Assembly (NCBI GenBank): GCA_037132255.1
Contig: JBAXPN010000001.1
Coordinates: 276,113-340,112 of the forward strand
Reading direction: 5' to 3'
DNA: 64,000 nucleotides
Origin: Candidatus Falkowbacteria bacterium
Lineage (GTDB): Bacteria > Patescibacteriota > Patescibacteriia > Patescibacteriales > UBA12465
Shown: one piece after another, positions 43,725 through 53,726 of the stretch
Layout of the letters: every line of letters begins with the position of its first letter
Numbering within the stretch: position 1 is the first letter of the stretch
Position numbers and translations under genes: made by a program
Notes under the pieces: model-generated
Databases searched by the model: none
The model's input: the letters and a program-made list of their open reading frames with translations, nothing else
Told to the model about the DNA's origin: nothing

Positions 43725-44018
43725 TTAATAATTGCTTGGCAATATTCTTTTAGTTAAATCTTCCTGATTTTCTGGACTTTTCATAGTTGTGATATTATCA
43801 ACCGGCACATCAGTCGCGATGGTCTGTGAGGCATCGCTTGTTGCTGAGGTATTAGCCGGTGCGGATGAATTTATATCATCTGCTAAATTAAAATCTTCAT
43901 CGGCTGTAACGCTCGTCGGGGCAACATTTTCCTCACCCGTAAGAGCAGTTTTACTAGTGCAAGCCGAAACACTAAACGCGATTGCAAGAATCGCAAATAC
44001 AAACAAAATCTTTTTCAT
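43725..44018 (-). CDS. lipoprotein signal peptide plus low-complexity linker, probably the detached N-terminus of the cyclophilin
   Basis: 97 aa. MKKILFVFAILAIAFSVSAC (lipobox) then a Ser/Thr/Asp/Ala-rich linker. Ends 7 codons after a T4/A4 run (43748-43751). Removing one base joins it to the cyclophilin frame. Confidence 0.6.
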   Translation of the reverse strand: MKKILFVFAILAIAFSVSACTSKTALTGEENVAPTSVTADEDFNLADDINSSAPANTSATSDASQTIATDVPVDNITTMKSPENQEDLTKRILPSNY

Positions 44019-44023
44019 AGCTT

Positions 44024-45481
44024 TTATACTTTAAATTGTTTTTTAATTGATTTATCTTCTTCTTCTCGTTTTTCAGCAATAAGCTCTTTTGCTTTTATTC
44101 TAAGTTCTTCTAACTCAAATTTATCAAGCTCCTTAACTCGTTTCTTGAGCCAAATAACATTATTTAATTCCGGGTCTTCTAGAACATCACTGAGTAGTAC
44201 GTCAAGAATAGCGCCAATCTTCGGGCTAGGCGGAATCTTAAGGATACTAATAAGATCATCACCATTTAACTTAAGCATCTTAACGGAAACCGGGTCATTC
44301 TGAACTTTTTCCATCATGTACTGTAAGTGACGCAATTTATAGGGCATTGCCTTCGGTGTGCCCGATCCAAGACGATCAGCGATTCTAATATCTATTAAAT
44401 CTTTTAAATTTTCTCTACCAACTTTAACTATCAAACGTCTAACTGATGCGGCTGTGACTTCTCCAACATTATAATAGAACATGTGGTTTTTTACCAGATT
44501 TACCACGCGTATTTGATCGGCACTGGCAAATCTTAAACGCGTCATTATTTTTTCAGTCATGCGCGCTCCAATATGTTCATGATTATAAAAAGTCGCAATA
44601 TTATTTACAATTTTTCTTGTCTTAGGCTTGGCAACATCATGAAGTAAAGCAGCAAAACGAACTTGCCATTCTTTATTCGGACAACATTTTAAAGCTAAAA
44701 GATTGTGTTTAAATACTGGATAAATATGGTGGCGATCTTGCTTCACATCTACACCCTGCTCAAGTTCAGGCAAAATATATTGAAGTAATTTACACTCATG
44801 TAAAAGCATTACTCCATTATATGGTCGATCGGAAGAAAGAATTTTTATAAACTCATCACGAATTCTCTCCTTAGAAACAAACTTTAAGCTACCTGCTAAT
44901 TTTACAATTGCACGTTGAGTTTTTGGCTCTAATTCAAAACCAAGCTGTGTGCTGAATCTAATAGCACGGAGCATACGCAGGGCATCTTCCTTAAAACGAT
45001 CTGTCGGCTCGCCCACTGCTCTAACTACTTTTAATTTAATATCTTTTTGACCGCCAAATAAATCAATTATATTTTTTTCATCAAGTGGATTTAGAGCTAA
45101 GGCATTGATAGTAAAATCACGACGCTCCAAGTCTTTATCTAACTCTGTCTCAAATTGAATTGTATCTGGGTGCCGACGATCAGAATAACCCTGTTCGCTG
45201 CGGTAAGTTGTGATTTCAACAACATCTTCTAAGGCTCCTTTTGTTTCCTCGCCCTTTGCCAAGGCTCTGATTGGTAATAGAACAGTACCAAATGCATTTT
45301 CATATTTGGCATCTGGAAATATTTTAAGCATTTGCTCAGGCAAGGCATTTGTCGTAATGTCCCAATCCTTCGGCACTTTAGCCATTAAAACATCGCGAAC
45401 ACAACCACCAACAATATAGGCCTCGTAGCCCGAGGCCTGTAAATCTTTAATTATTTTACTGATATATGCTGGGATGTCCAT
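44024..45481 (-). CDS. cca: CCA tRNA nucleotidyltransferase with HD domain
   Basis: 485 aa. GGCVRDVLM...DWDITT head domain, RRDFTINALA, HD region LLHDVAKP. Confidence 0.9.
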   Translation of the reverse strand: MDIPAYISKIIKDLQASGYEAYIVGGCVRDVLMAKVPKDWDITTNALPEQMLKIFPDAKYENAFGTVLLPIRALAKGEETKGALEDVVEITTYRSEQGYSDRRHPDTIQFETELDKDLERRDFTINALALNPLDEKNIIDLFGGQKDIKLKVVRAVGEPTDRFKEDALRMLRAIRFSTQLGFELEPKTQRAIVKLAGSLKFVSKERIRDEFIKILSSDRPYNGVMLLHECKLLQYILPELEQGVDVKQDRHHIYPVFKHNLLALKCCPNKEWQVRFAALLHDVAKPKTRKIVNNIATFYNHEHIGARMTEKIMTRLRFASADQIRVVNLVKNHMFYYNVGEVTAASVRRLIVKVGRENLKDLIDIRIADRLGSGTPKAMPYKLRHLQYMMEKVQNDPVSVKMLKLNGDDLISILKIPPSPKIGAILDVLLSDVLEDPELNNVIWLKKRVKELDKFELEELRIKAKELIAEKREEEDKSIKKQFKV

Positions 45482-45484
45482 AAA

Positions 45485-45751
45485 TTATTCTTGTTCTTTC
45501 ATAATACTTAATTTAACAGTTAAATGAGGCAAGGTTTTTAAATTTTGTTCTAATTCAGCTATTTTTGGACCATCACCTTCTACCGCTAAAATTATTAAGC
45601 CCAAACAATGCTCAAAACAATTACGTTGTACATTAACACCTAAGCGAGACATAATCAAGTGTCCAGCCTCGGTTAATATTTTATTTAATTCGCCAGAAAC
45701 TGCCTGACGGTCGGTCGCTAAAATTGAAATTGTTGCGAGAACTCTAGACAT
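45485..45751 (-). CDS. TM1266-like ACT/NikR-C-type small protein (putative iron-only hydrogenase system regulator family)
   Basis: 88 aa. The pattern ...ISILATDRQAVSGELNKILTEAGHLIMSRLGV...LIILAVEGDGPKIAELEQNLKTLPHLTVK matches my memory of the TM1266 family. Immediately downstream of hydA. Confidence 0.45.
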   Translation of the reverse strand: MSRVLATISILATDRQAVSGELNKILTEAGHLIMSRLGVNVQRNCFEHCLGLIILAVEGDGPKIAELEQNLKTLPHLTVKLSIMKEQE

Positions 45752-45761
45752 ATTTTTTTAT

Positions 45762-47516
45762 TTAAAATAGAAAATCGAATAAAGAACTTCTACCATTTTT
45801 TTTCGTTGTTAAAATTGACCCAGTCGTTCGTGCAAATTTAGTATGGAGAACTTGTTTGCTTAGATTATTTTTTTTGACCCAATTATAATACTCAAGCATT
45901 GCCTTATTTTCATGGGCACGGCGAATAGGACGTTTTTTATCAATTGCGTATAGACCGTCTAGTCTTTTTTGTCTAATCTCTTTATTAGTTGGAATCGGCT
46001 GTCCTCCTCCGCCGAGACAGCCGCCAGGACAAGCCATGACTTCAATATAATGATATTTATTTAGTTTTGGTAAAATACGTTCTATATTAGCAATACCATT
46101 AACCACTCCAACCTTAATTTTCTTACCATCTAAATTTACAATCGCCTCTTTAAATCCTGCCAAACCACGGACTTCTTTAAATTCTAAATGGCAATCACAT
46201 AATTTATTTTTACTATCCGCGCAGACAAGGGCGTTAGCCGTACGGAGAGCCGATTCCATGACTCCTCCGGAGGCACCATATATTGCAGCTGCGCCGGAAC
46301 CAGAATTAAACAAATTCTCGCCCTTTCCATCAGCTAATTTTTTAAAATCAATATTATTTTTCTTAATCATGTAGGCTAACTCTCTAGTCGTTAACACTAA
46401 ATCAACCAAGGGTCGGCCGTCCAAACCCAATTCTTCTCGGGCTGCTTCATATTTCTTTGCCGTACAAGGGACGATAGAAACAACAATAATATTTTTTGGA
46501 TTAACTTTATTTTTTTGCGCCCAATAAGTTTTAATTGCACCGGCTAAATGAATATGCGGAGATCGAGCGGTCGTTAAATTTGGCAATAGTTCAGGATGAT
46601 AAAATTCTGCATAAGCAACCCAGGCCGGGCAACAGGAAGTTGTCATCGGGAAAACAGCCTTTTTGTCTTTAAGACGCGATAATAATTCCTCGGCCTCAGT
46701 CATCGTAGTTATGTCCGCGCCAAAATTAACATCGAAAACTTTATTAAATCCAAGTTTCTTTAGAGCCGTATATATTTTAGATTCACAATTTGCGCCATAA
46801 GGCATTGCAAACTCTTCGCCCAGCGATACCCTTATCGACGGAGCAAATTGCGCTACAACTATTTTTGTCTTATCTTTAATCAACTCTTCAACTTTCTGCC
46901 AAGCTGCTTGTTCCTGAGATGCGGCAACCGGACAATGCAAGGCGCATTGACCACAATAAATACAGGCTACATTTTTATCTTTTACTGGAACAACTTCTTG
47001 ATTAACTCCCTCACCCGCCATCTTAAGATAATTAATATTCTGAATGTCACTACAGGCGCTGATGCAATTTTTACAATCGATACATTGCGTGCCGTCAATT
47101 TCGACAGCGTTAGCAAATTTATAGGTTTTTCTATTTCCCTTCCGATCTTTAAAACGATCAATTTTTACTTTATATTTAGTGGCAAGTTTTAATAATTCAC
47201 AATCATAACGAAGTGTACAATTCGCGCATTTTTTTGAATGTTCGGCAAATATCAATTCCAAATTTAATAAGCGCGCTTTTTTTACTCGTTCACTTTCCGT
47301 CTGAATATTCATTCCCTCTTCGACAATTGTTGAACAAGCAGTCTCTAGGTGATCACGACCCTTAATTTCGACAACGCAAATCCGACAATTGGCCTGAACC
47401 TTTAGGTCTGGGTGCTCACAAAGAGAGGGTATTTTAATCTTATTTGCTGTGGCAATATTAAGAATAGTTGACCCTGGAGTTACTTTAACTTTTTTATTAT
47501 TTATTGTGATTGTCAT
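45762..47516 (-). CDS. hydA: [FeFe] hydrogenase catalytic subunit (CpI-like: 2Fe-2S, accessory 4Fe-4S clusters, H-cluster domain)
   Basis: 584 aa. N-terminal plant-type ferredoxin fold (CEHPDL..CRIC), CIDCKNCISAC / CIYCGQCALHCP, and H-cluster motifs TSCCPAWV, PCTAKK, MACPGGCLGGGGQP. Confidence 0.92.
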   Translation of the reverse strand: MTITINNKKVKVTPGSTILNIATANKIKIPSLCEHPDLKVQANCRICVVEIKGRDHLETACSTIVEEGMNIQTESERVKKARLLNLELIFAEHSKKCANCTLRYDCELLKLATKYKVKIDRFKDRKGNRKTYKFANAVEIDGTQCIDCKNCISACSDIQNINYLKMAGEGVNQEVVPVKDKNVACIYCGQCALHCPVAASQEQAAWQKVEELIKDKTKIVVAQFAPSIRVSLGEEFAMPYGANCESKIYTALKKLGFNKVFDVNFGADITTMTEAEELLSRLKDKKAVFPMTTSCCPAWVAYAEFYHPELLPNLTTARSPHIHLAGAIKTYWAQKNKVNPKNIIVVSIVPCTAKKYEAAREELGLDGRPLVDLVLTTRELAYMIKKNNIDFKKLADGKGENLFNSGSGAAAIYGASGGVMESALRTANALVCADSKNKLCDCHLEFKEVRGLAGFKEAIVNLDGKKIKVGVVNGIANIERILPKLNKYHYIEVMACPGGCLGGGGQPIPTNKEIRQKRLDGLYAIDKKRPIRRAHENKAMLEYYNWVKKNNLSKQVLHTKFARTTGSILTTKKNGRSSLFDFLF

Positions 47517-47549
47517 GAGAGATTATTTATTTTCGGTAAAGAATTTATT

Positions 47550-48329
47550 TTATTTCAAATTTGCATGAGCCTTAATCGCGACAAGATCACGAAAAATATC
47601 ATAAATATAGATTACAATAATTGGTGAAATAAGCGCCCAAATAAAATTCATTAAGGCGTTATAGCTTACATAAGCTGAGCCTCCTTCTTGCATGGAGCTT
47701 AGTGGCGAGGCTAAAAAAATATTAATAATTCCTGCCATTAAACCGATAAACATAACTCGGCCGAAAACCGCCCACCAATAACCTTTAACTAATTCCTTAC
47801 TTCTTCTTATGGCTTGCATTCCCGTAAGCCCCTCAAAGAAAAAAGTATAATTAAATAATAAGTAATATATGGCGAAGATAATTCCGGGAATAATTAAAAG
47901 AATGGCCCATAAACCAATTATAAGCGTACTTAAAATTGAGACCCAAACATAGCCCCAAAAAAAATTTTTGCTATCTTCGAAACAATCCTTAGGAGAATTG
48001 TAATTGTTTTTTATAAGTATTATCATTGCCGCTCTAACCCGAATTCCATAATATATGGCCCAAACGCCAGCAATAAAAATTACTAAAACCATGACCGTTC
48101 TCACGACTATATTATCGAGCACTGAACTAACTGAAGTTAATAAAATAAACAGTAAACCCAGGGCGACGAACGGAATAAAACCGACCAGACCGCGAAGGTA
48201 AATTTCGATAAATTTTTTAATATTTTTGAAATAAGTCTTGCTTGCCTCCTCTATCATTTCAAAAACAGGCGTTAACTTTGTTTTGGTAATAACTTTCAAG
48301 GGTTTATTAACCATTGTTTCGTTGTCCAT
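47550..48329 (-). CDS. polytopic membrane protein, function unknown, embedded in the hydrogenase cluster
   Basis: 259 aa with about 6 TM helices and no catalytic motif recognised. Confidence 0.55.
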   Translation of the reverse strand: MDNETMVNKPLKVITKTKLTPVFEMIEEASKTYFKNIKKFIEIYLRGLVGFIPFVALGLLFILLTSVSSVLDNIVVRTVMVLVIFIAGVWAIYYGIRVRAAMIILIKNNYNSPKDCFEDSKNFFWGYVWVSILSTLIIGLWAILLIIPGIIFAIYYLLFNYTFFFEGLTGMQAIRRSKELVKGYWWAVFGRVMFIGLMAGIINIFLASPLSSMQEGGSAYVSYNALMNFIWALISPIIVIYIYDIFRDLVAIKAHANLK

Positions 48330-48333
48330 AAAA

Positions 48334-49368
48334 TTAAAATTTAGCTTGTAAAATATTAAAATAATAACTCTTTATTGGTGTTGGGAGCGAACGGCCGAGA
48401 CCGCAAAAACTAGTCTCCTCGAGCCCATTAATTAATTCCCAAAATAATTTTTTATCATAATCTTTTTTATTTATGAGTTCCCATAAACGATATGTTCCCT
48501 CGCGACAAATAGTACAATTGCCACAACTTTGTTCATGATAAAAATTCAACCAATATTTAATGAGTTTTTGCTTATCAGTTTTTTTAAAGTCATAAACCAT
48601 AATTGACCCGGCGCCCTCAACTGGTCTATTCAATTGATCGGATCGCAAAACTTCTCCTGCGGCCTCGCCACCACATTGCACAAAAAACTTAAAAACTGGA
48701 ACATTATTGGTTTTTTTTAATACTTCTTCGATTGTTAGTTCCGCCGCGAGCGAAAATACTCCCCGATGACGAACAGCGCCATTTATGGTGTAAAGTCTTT
48801 CGTGCTTAAAACGACCAGAATAAACTAAACTAACATTATAAAAAGTTTCAATATTATTTATGAGTGTTGGCGCTGAAAATAATCCCGCTTGAGTCGGATA
48901 AGGCGGTTTAAGCCGCGGCTCTACTTTCCTCCCTTCTATTAAATTTAATAGTGCTGATTCTTCGCCACTTATATAGGTCAGTCTCTCGCCCTTAACAATA
49001 AACTTAATTTTTTTTCCAAGTGAAATATATTTTTTCATCTTTAATATCTTTTCAATCGCCGGCGAGTATTTCTTAAAATATTCGGAATTAAGGAAAAAAT
49101 ATATTTGCTGAACTTTTTCTGTGCCGAGAAATTTATCCGCTAAATAAACACCGTTTATCAATTCCTCAGAGAAATGTTTAAGGACGTGCTCATCTTTTTT
49201 CACACCTGGTTCTCCTTCTGCGCCATTAATAATAATATATGCAACTTTTTTTGTCTTAAGAGCAGTTTTTACGGCCGCCCATTTTTTGGCGACCAAAAAG
49301 GAGGCGCCGCCCCGACCAACTAAGGCGGCGGCCTCTATTTTATCAATGATGTTATTTGAATTGGTCAT
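48334..49368 (-). CDS. NuoF/HydB-like NAD(P)H- and FMN-binding flavoprotein with one 4Fe-4S site (short form)
   Basis: 344 aa. GRGGASF (cf. GRGGAGF), NGAEGEPG, NNIETFYNV, SCGNCTICREG, FCGLGRS. Confidence 0.75.
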   Translation of the reverse strand: MTNSNNIIDKIEAAALVGRGGASFLVAKKWAAVKTALKTKKVAYIIINGAEGEPGVKKDEHVLKHFSEELINGVYLADKFLGTEKVQQIYFFLNSEYFKKYSPAIEKILKMKKYISLGKKIKFIVKGERLTYISGEESALLNLIEGRKVEPRLKPPYPTQAGLFSAPTLINNIETFYNVSLVYSGRFKHERLYTINGAVRHRGVFSLAAELTIEEVLKKTNNVPVFKFFVQCGGEAAGEVLRSDQLNRPVEGAGSIMVYDFKKTDKQKLIKYWLNFYHEQSCGNCTICREGTYRLWELINKKDYDKKLFWELINGLEETSFCGLGRSLPTPIKSYYFNILQAKF

Positions 49369-49382
49369 TTTTTTTATTTAAT

Positions 49383-50114
49383 TTATCTTGCTGTCCAGCC
49401 ACCGTCAACATGTAATATCGTGCCGGTAACATACTTAGCGTCATCACTTGCAAGATAGAGAGCTGCAGAAGCAATATCACTGGGCTCACCAACATAACCA
49501 AGGGGCGTATTCATTGCAACCATGGTTTTAAAATTTTTATCCTCAAGTGGTGCTTTAGTCATATTTGTAGCGATGAAACCAGGAGCAATCGCATTCATTC
49601 TTATGCCATCAGCCGCAAGGTCAAGCGCTCCCGCGTGGGTTAATTGCACAACACCGCCTTTAGTAGCACAATAAGCAACCGCACCAGGCATGCCAACCGT
49701 TCCAAGAATTGAACTCATATTAATTATAACGCCCTTTGTTTTAGTCGCTTTCATGGCTCTAGCTGCCGCCCGAGCGCCATAAAGAACACCGGACAAATTT
49801 ATTCCCATAATTTTATCCCAGAATTCATCCGTTATGTCCATAATCCCACCGAGCGAACCGATACCGGCATTATTCACCATAATATCAAGATGCCCGAATT
49901 TATCGACAGCTGCTTTTACCGTAGCATCAACTTCAAGAGAATTAGACACGTCACACTTAACAAAAACTGCATTTGCTTCGTCGAGCTTTAAATCACCCTC
50001 ATTAAGATCAGCGTAAATAACTTTTGCTCCCTCAGCCACAAAAAGATTAGCGATGGCCAAGCCGAGCCCAGAAGAAGCACCGGTAACAACAGCCACTTTA
50101 TTTTCTAATTTCAT
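49383..50114 (-). CDS. short-chain dehydrogenase/reductase (FabG/glucose-dehydrogenase-like)
   Basis: 243 aa. VTGASSGLGLAIA, NNAG, SS...YCATKGG catalytic tetrad region. Confidence 0.85.
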   Translation of the reverse strand: MKLENKVAVVTGASSGLGLAIANLFVAEGAKVIYADLNEGDLKLDEANAVFVKCDVSNSLEVDATVKAAVDKFGHLDIMVNNAGIGSLGGIMDITDEFWDKIMGINLSGVLYGARAAARAMKATKTKGVIINMSSILGTVGMPGAVAYCATKGGVVQLTHAGALDLAADGIRMNAIAPGFIATNMTKAPLEDKNFKTMVAMNTPLGYVGEPSDIASAALYLASDDAKYVTGTILHVDGGWTAR

Positions 50115-50129
50115 ATATATAATTTCTTA

Positions 50130-51140
50130 TTAAATTAACTTTTTTAAATACACGGCTAACTCTACTAAGCGATTTGAATAACCCCATTCATTATCATACC
50201 AAGCAACAACCTTCAATAAATCACCACCCACAATTTTAGTGGTCTTTAAATCAACGATTGAGCTATGAGGATTGCCGACAATATCAGTTGAAACTAATTC
50301 TTCATCTGATGCCTCAATAATACCTTTCATTTTTCCTTTCGCTGCCTTAATAAAAGCCGCATTGACCGCTTCGACTGTTGTTTTTTTATTTAAGACATAA
50401 ACAGTATCACAAAGAGAGGCAACCGGAGTGGGAACGCGTACCGCTAAACCATCAAACTTACCTTTTAACGACGGAATAGTTTCGGCAACCGCAATTGCCG
50501 CTCCCGTAGTCGTTGGCACGATATTCAAAGCAGCTGCCCTTGCTCTTCTTAAATCTTTATGAGGACCATCAACTAAATTCTGATCAGCGGTATAAGAATG
50601 GATGGTTGTCATTATCGCTTTTTTAATGCCAAATTGCTCTTTAATAATAGCTGTTGTTGGTGCCAAACAATTAGTAGTACAAGAAGCACAGGACACTAAA
50701 TTATCACTCTTTAATAATTTATTTTCATTCACACCGATAACAATTGTTTTTACGCCTCCCTTTTTAGCCGGGGCCGAAAGGATTACCTTTTTTGCGCCTG
50801 CTTTCAAATGAAGACTTAAATCCTCCTTATTAGTAAAGCGCCCGGTGCACTCAAGAACAACATCAACTTTAAGTTTCTGCCAAGGCAAAAGAGATGGGTC
50901 CTTGATAGCCAAAACTGGGATTTTAAATCCATCCACAACTAAAGAGTCTTTAGTGGAACTAACTTTTTTACCATAACGACCATAACAAGAATCGTATTGC
51001 ATTAAATGGGCCAAGGTTTCTGGATCAGTTAAATCGTTAATCGCAACTATATTCACGCCCGGAAATCGATTAATTATTATCTTGGCTGCCGCTCGGCCAA
51101 TTCGACCAAAGCCATTAATTGCAATGTTCATTTTTTGCAT
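50130..51140 (-). CDS. gap: glyceraldehyde-3-phosphate dehydrogenase (type I)
   Basis: 336 aa. INGFGRIGR, ASCTTNCLAP, WYDNEWGYS. Confidence 0.95.
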   Translation of the reverse strand: MQKMNIAINGFGRIGRAAAKIIINRFPGVNIVAINDLTDPETLAHLMQYDSCYGRYGKKVSSTKDSLVVDGFKIPVLAIKDPSLLPWQKLKVDVVLECTGRFTNKEDLSLHLKAGAKKVILSAPAKKGGVKTIVIGVNENKLLKSDNLVSCASCTTNCLAPTTAIIKEQFGIKKAIMTTIHSYTADQNLVDGPHKDLRRARAAALNIVPTTTGAAIAVAETIPSLKGKFDGLAVRVPTPVASLCDTVYVLNKKTTVEAVNAAFIKAAKGKMKGIIEASDEELVSTDIVGNPHSSIVDLKTTKIVGGDLLKVVAWYDNEWGYSNRLVELAVYLKKLI

Positions 51141-51200
51141 ATTTTTGATATTTTTCTTTAAATTATTATACTTAATTATAGCATATTTTTAGAAATATTT

Positions 51201-51235
51201 AAAAATACGCCCCCAAATAATGGCGGCGTATTTTT
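51201..51235. terminator. bidirectional terminator between the PSP1 gene and the gap promoter region
   Basis: Stem TACGCC (51206-51211) / GGCGTA (51225-51230), A5 before and T5 after. Confidence 0.6.
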
Positions 51236-51259
51236 ATATAATTTAAAGCGAGAATTTTC

Positions 51260-52072
51260 TTATTTTTTATGATGGCGATTAATATCAACCTCAATTATTA
51301 TATCACGTTCACCTTCCTTAGCAGAGCTTATTTTAACATCGACTGTTTGCTTTAAAATATGGTGACCAACGATTATCCCTCGCGTTCCATCCACATTAAC
51401 CTTGGTACCAATTGGTGGTAATTTCCCGGCCATTTCTTTATAACCCTCGTACTCAAAAGACAAACAACACATTAAACGGCCACACATGCCCGATATTCTT
51501 TCTGAGCCGCGATGAACGACTTGCTGGGCTTCGGCCATTTCCGATGTTATAGAGGAAAACTCCTTTAAAAATCCCCGGCAACACAAGCCACGACCACATG
51601 GTCCACAGTCGCCAGTAATTTTTGCTTCGTCTCTGGTGCCAATTTGAGTTAATCGAATATTGACTCCAAAATGTGCCGCTAAATCTTTTACCAATTCGCG
51701 GAAATCAACTCGACCGTCAGAAATAAAAGCAAAATTTATACGATTTGCTTCGAATGAATAGTGGATATCGACCAACTTCATCGGTAAATTATATTTACTA
51801 ATCATTTCATCACAAAAGGCCAAGGCTTCCGCTTTTTGAGTAGCATCTGGCAAACGTGCAATATCATCATAATCTGCCTTTCTAATAATTGGTTTCAATT
51901 CTCGTTTATCGTCTTTCGGATCAATTTCTTCAACTAGAGATAAGAGTTTTCCTAACTCAAGCCCAAGCTCAGTCTCAACAATTACAAAATCACCGACAGA
52001 CACTTCCGATTTGCCCAGAGAAAAATTATATATTTTATCCCAAGGTGCAAATTGTACTTGTGCGTAAATCAT
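51260..52072 (-). CDS. PSP1 domain protein (YaaT/RicT-like)
   Basis: 270 aa. Cys clusters CGPCGRGLCC and CGRLMCCL, typical of the PSP1 C-terminal domain. Confidence 0.8.
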   Translation of the reverse strand: MIYAQVQFAPWDKIYNFSLGKSEVSVGDFVIVETELGLELGKLLSLVEEIDPKDDKRELKPIIRKADYDDIARLPDATQKAEALAFCDEMISKYNLPMKLVDIHYSFEANRINFAFISDGRVDFRELVKDLAAHFGVNIRLTQIGTRDEAKITGDCGPCGRGLCCRGFLKEFSSITSEMAEAQQVVHRGSERISGMCGRLMCCLSFEYEGYKEMAGKLPPIGTKVNVDGTRGIIVGHHILKQTVDVKISSAKEGERDIIIEVDINRHHKK

Positions 52073-52119
52073 GTAAATAATAAGCCGGGATTAGCCGGCT
52101 TATATTAATATTTGAGTAA

Positions 52120-52914
52120 TTAAAGTGAAAAGCGAACGAACTTGATAACTTTAGCTCCGCCCAAAATATCCTTCACTTTCTTTTTGTCATCTTTGATATA
52201 TTCCTGTTCAGCAAGGCAAACTTCAGAGTAGTATTTACCTGCTTTGCCTTCGACAATTTTTTCAACCATTGCTTCGGGCTTCCCTTCCTTAACTAATTGT
52301 TCCTTATATATTTCTCTCTCTTTGGCCATTTCGGTCGGATCAACTTCTGAAGGTAAAATATATTTTGGGTTAGCGGCTGCGACTTGCATTGCTACATCAG
52401 CTGCAAGCTCAGATTTTCCTTCAGTATCGAGTGCGACTAGAACACCCATTTTTCCGCCAAGGTGAGAATAGGCGGCCACAGAGGCACCGCTCAGTATCTC
52501 AAAACGTTTAACACCGAGCTTTTCACCGATTGTCCCGCTCAAACTATCAAGATCCTCCTGAACACTACCTGTACTCAATTTAAGGCTAAGCAAAGTTTCA
52601 AGATTGGCTGGTTTTTCCTTTTTAATTATTTCCATGACTGAGTCAGCAAACCCTTGAAATTTATCATTGCGAGAAACAAAGTCAGTCTCAGAGTTTAGCT
52701 CCAATATATAGGCTTCATTTTTTTCAGCATTGACGCTAACCTTAACGACACCTTCGTTGGTATCACGGTCAGTTCTTTTGGCCGCTTTAGCAATACCTTT
52801 TTTTCGCAATATTTCTATTGCTTTTTCGAGGTTGTTGTCTGCTTCTTTAAGAGCTTTTTGACAATCAACCATACCCGCGCCTGTCATTTCGCGGAGTTGT
52901 TTGATGAGTTCCAT
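52120..52914 (-). CDS. tsf: translation elongation factor Ts
   Basis: 264 aa. LIKQLREMTGAGMVDCQKALKEADNNLEKAIEILRKKG (UBA-like N-terminus). Follows rpsB. Confidence 0.95.
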   Translation of the reverse strand: MELIKQLREMTGAGMVDCQKALKEADNNLEKAIEILRKKGIAKAAKRTDRDTNEGVVKVSVNAEKNEAYILELNSETDFVSRNDKFQGFADSVMEIIKKEKPANLETLLSLKLSTGSVQEDLDSLSGTIGEKLGVKRFEILSGASVAAYSHLGGKMGVLVALDTEGKSELAADVAMQVAAANPKYILPSEVDPTEMAKEREIYKEQLVKEGKPEAMVEKIVEGKAGKYYSEVCLAEQEYIKDDKKKVKDILGGAKVIKFVRFSL

Positions 52915-52941
52915 ATTGTTAAATATTAAATTTTGATTAAA

Positions 52942-53637
52942 TTAAGCCTTAACGGACTTTTTAGCATCAAGAAGGGATTCTTTAATTGCATCTAAAACAA
53001 TCTTAATTGTTTTAGTTGAATCATCATTAGCTGGGATCGGATAGCTTACTTCTTCTGGATTAACATTAGTATCGCAAATTGCGATAATCGGAATATTTTT
53101 CTGTTGTGCTTCTTTAATTGCAGTTTCCTCTTCCTTGATATCCCAAACGAAAAGAGCGTCTGGCATCTTGTTTAAGCTTGTTAGACCACCAACCCGCATT
53201 TCTAATTTCTTAATATCGCGATCAAAGTTTAAACGTTCTTTTTTTGTATATTTCTCTAATTTTCCAGTTTCACGTTTCTCAATTAAATCTAAATATTTTT
53301 TAACGGATTTTTTAACAACAATGAAATTCGTTAAATATCCGCCCAACCATTTACCAACAATATAAGGCTGGCCGATCTCTGACGCCATTTTCTTTAATGG
53401 TTCAGAAACTTGATTTTTTGTACCGACGAAAAGAATGCTCTTACCTTCGGAAACTAATTTAGCCATGAATTCTAAAGCAATTTGAAATTGCTCTTGAGTC
53501 TTCTTTAAGTCAATAATATAAATACCGTTTTTTGATGTAAAGATAAATTGTTTCATCTTTGGGTGCCAACGATTTGTACGATGGCCGAAGTGCATGCCGG
53601 CTTTTAACATGTCTTCTAATTTTGGAACTTTTACCAT
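52942..53637 (-). CDS. rpsB: 30S ribosomal protein S2
   Basis: 231 aa. MLKAGMHFGHRTNRWHPKM, ILFVGTK, PDALFVWD. Confidence 0.97.
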   Translation of the reverse strand: MVKVPKLEDMLKAGMHFGHRTNRWHPKMKQFIFTSKNGIYIIDLKKTQEQFQIALEFMAKLVSEGKSILFVGTKNQVSEPLKKMASEIGQPYIVGKWLGGYLTNFIVVKKSVKKYLDLIEKRETGKLEKYTKKERLNFDRDIKKLEMRVGGLTSLNKMPDALFVWDIKEEETAIKEAQQKNIPIIAICDTNVNPEEVSYPIPANDDSTKTIKIVLDAIKESLLDAKKSVKA

Positions 53638-53726
53638 ATGTTTTTCTTTTTTACGTCTGTCCGCTCATATATAATATTTTATTTAATATTATACAAGAAA
53701 ATTAATTGCGAACATGATAATTTAGT

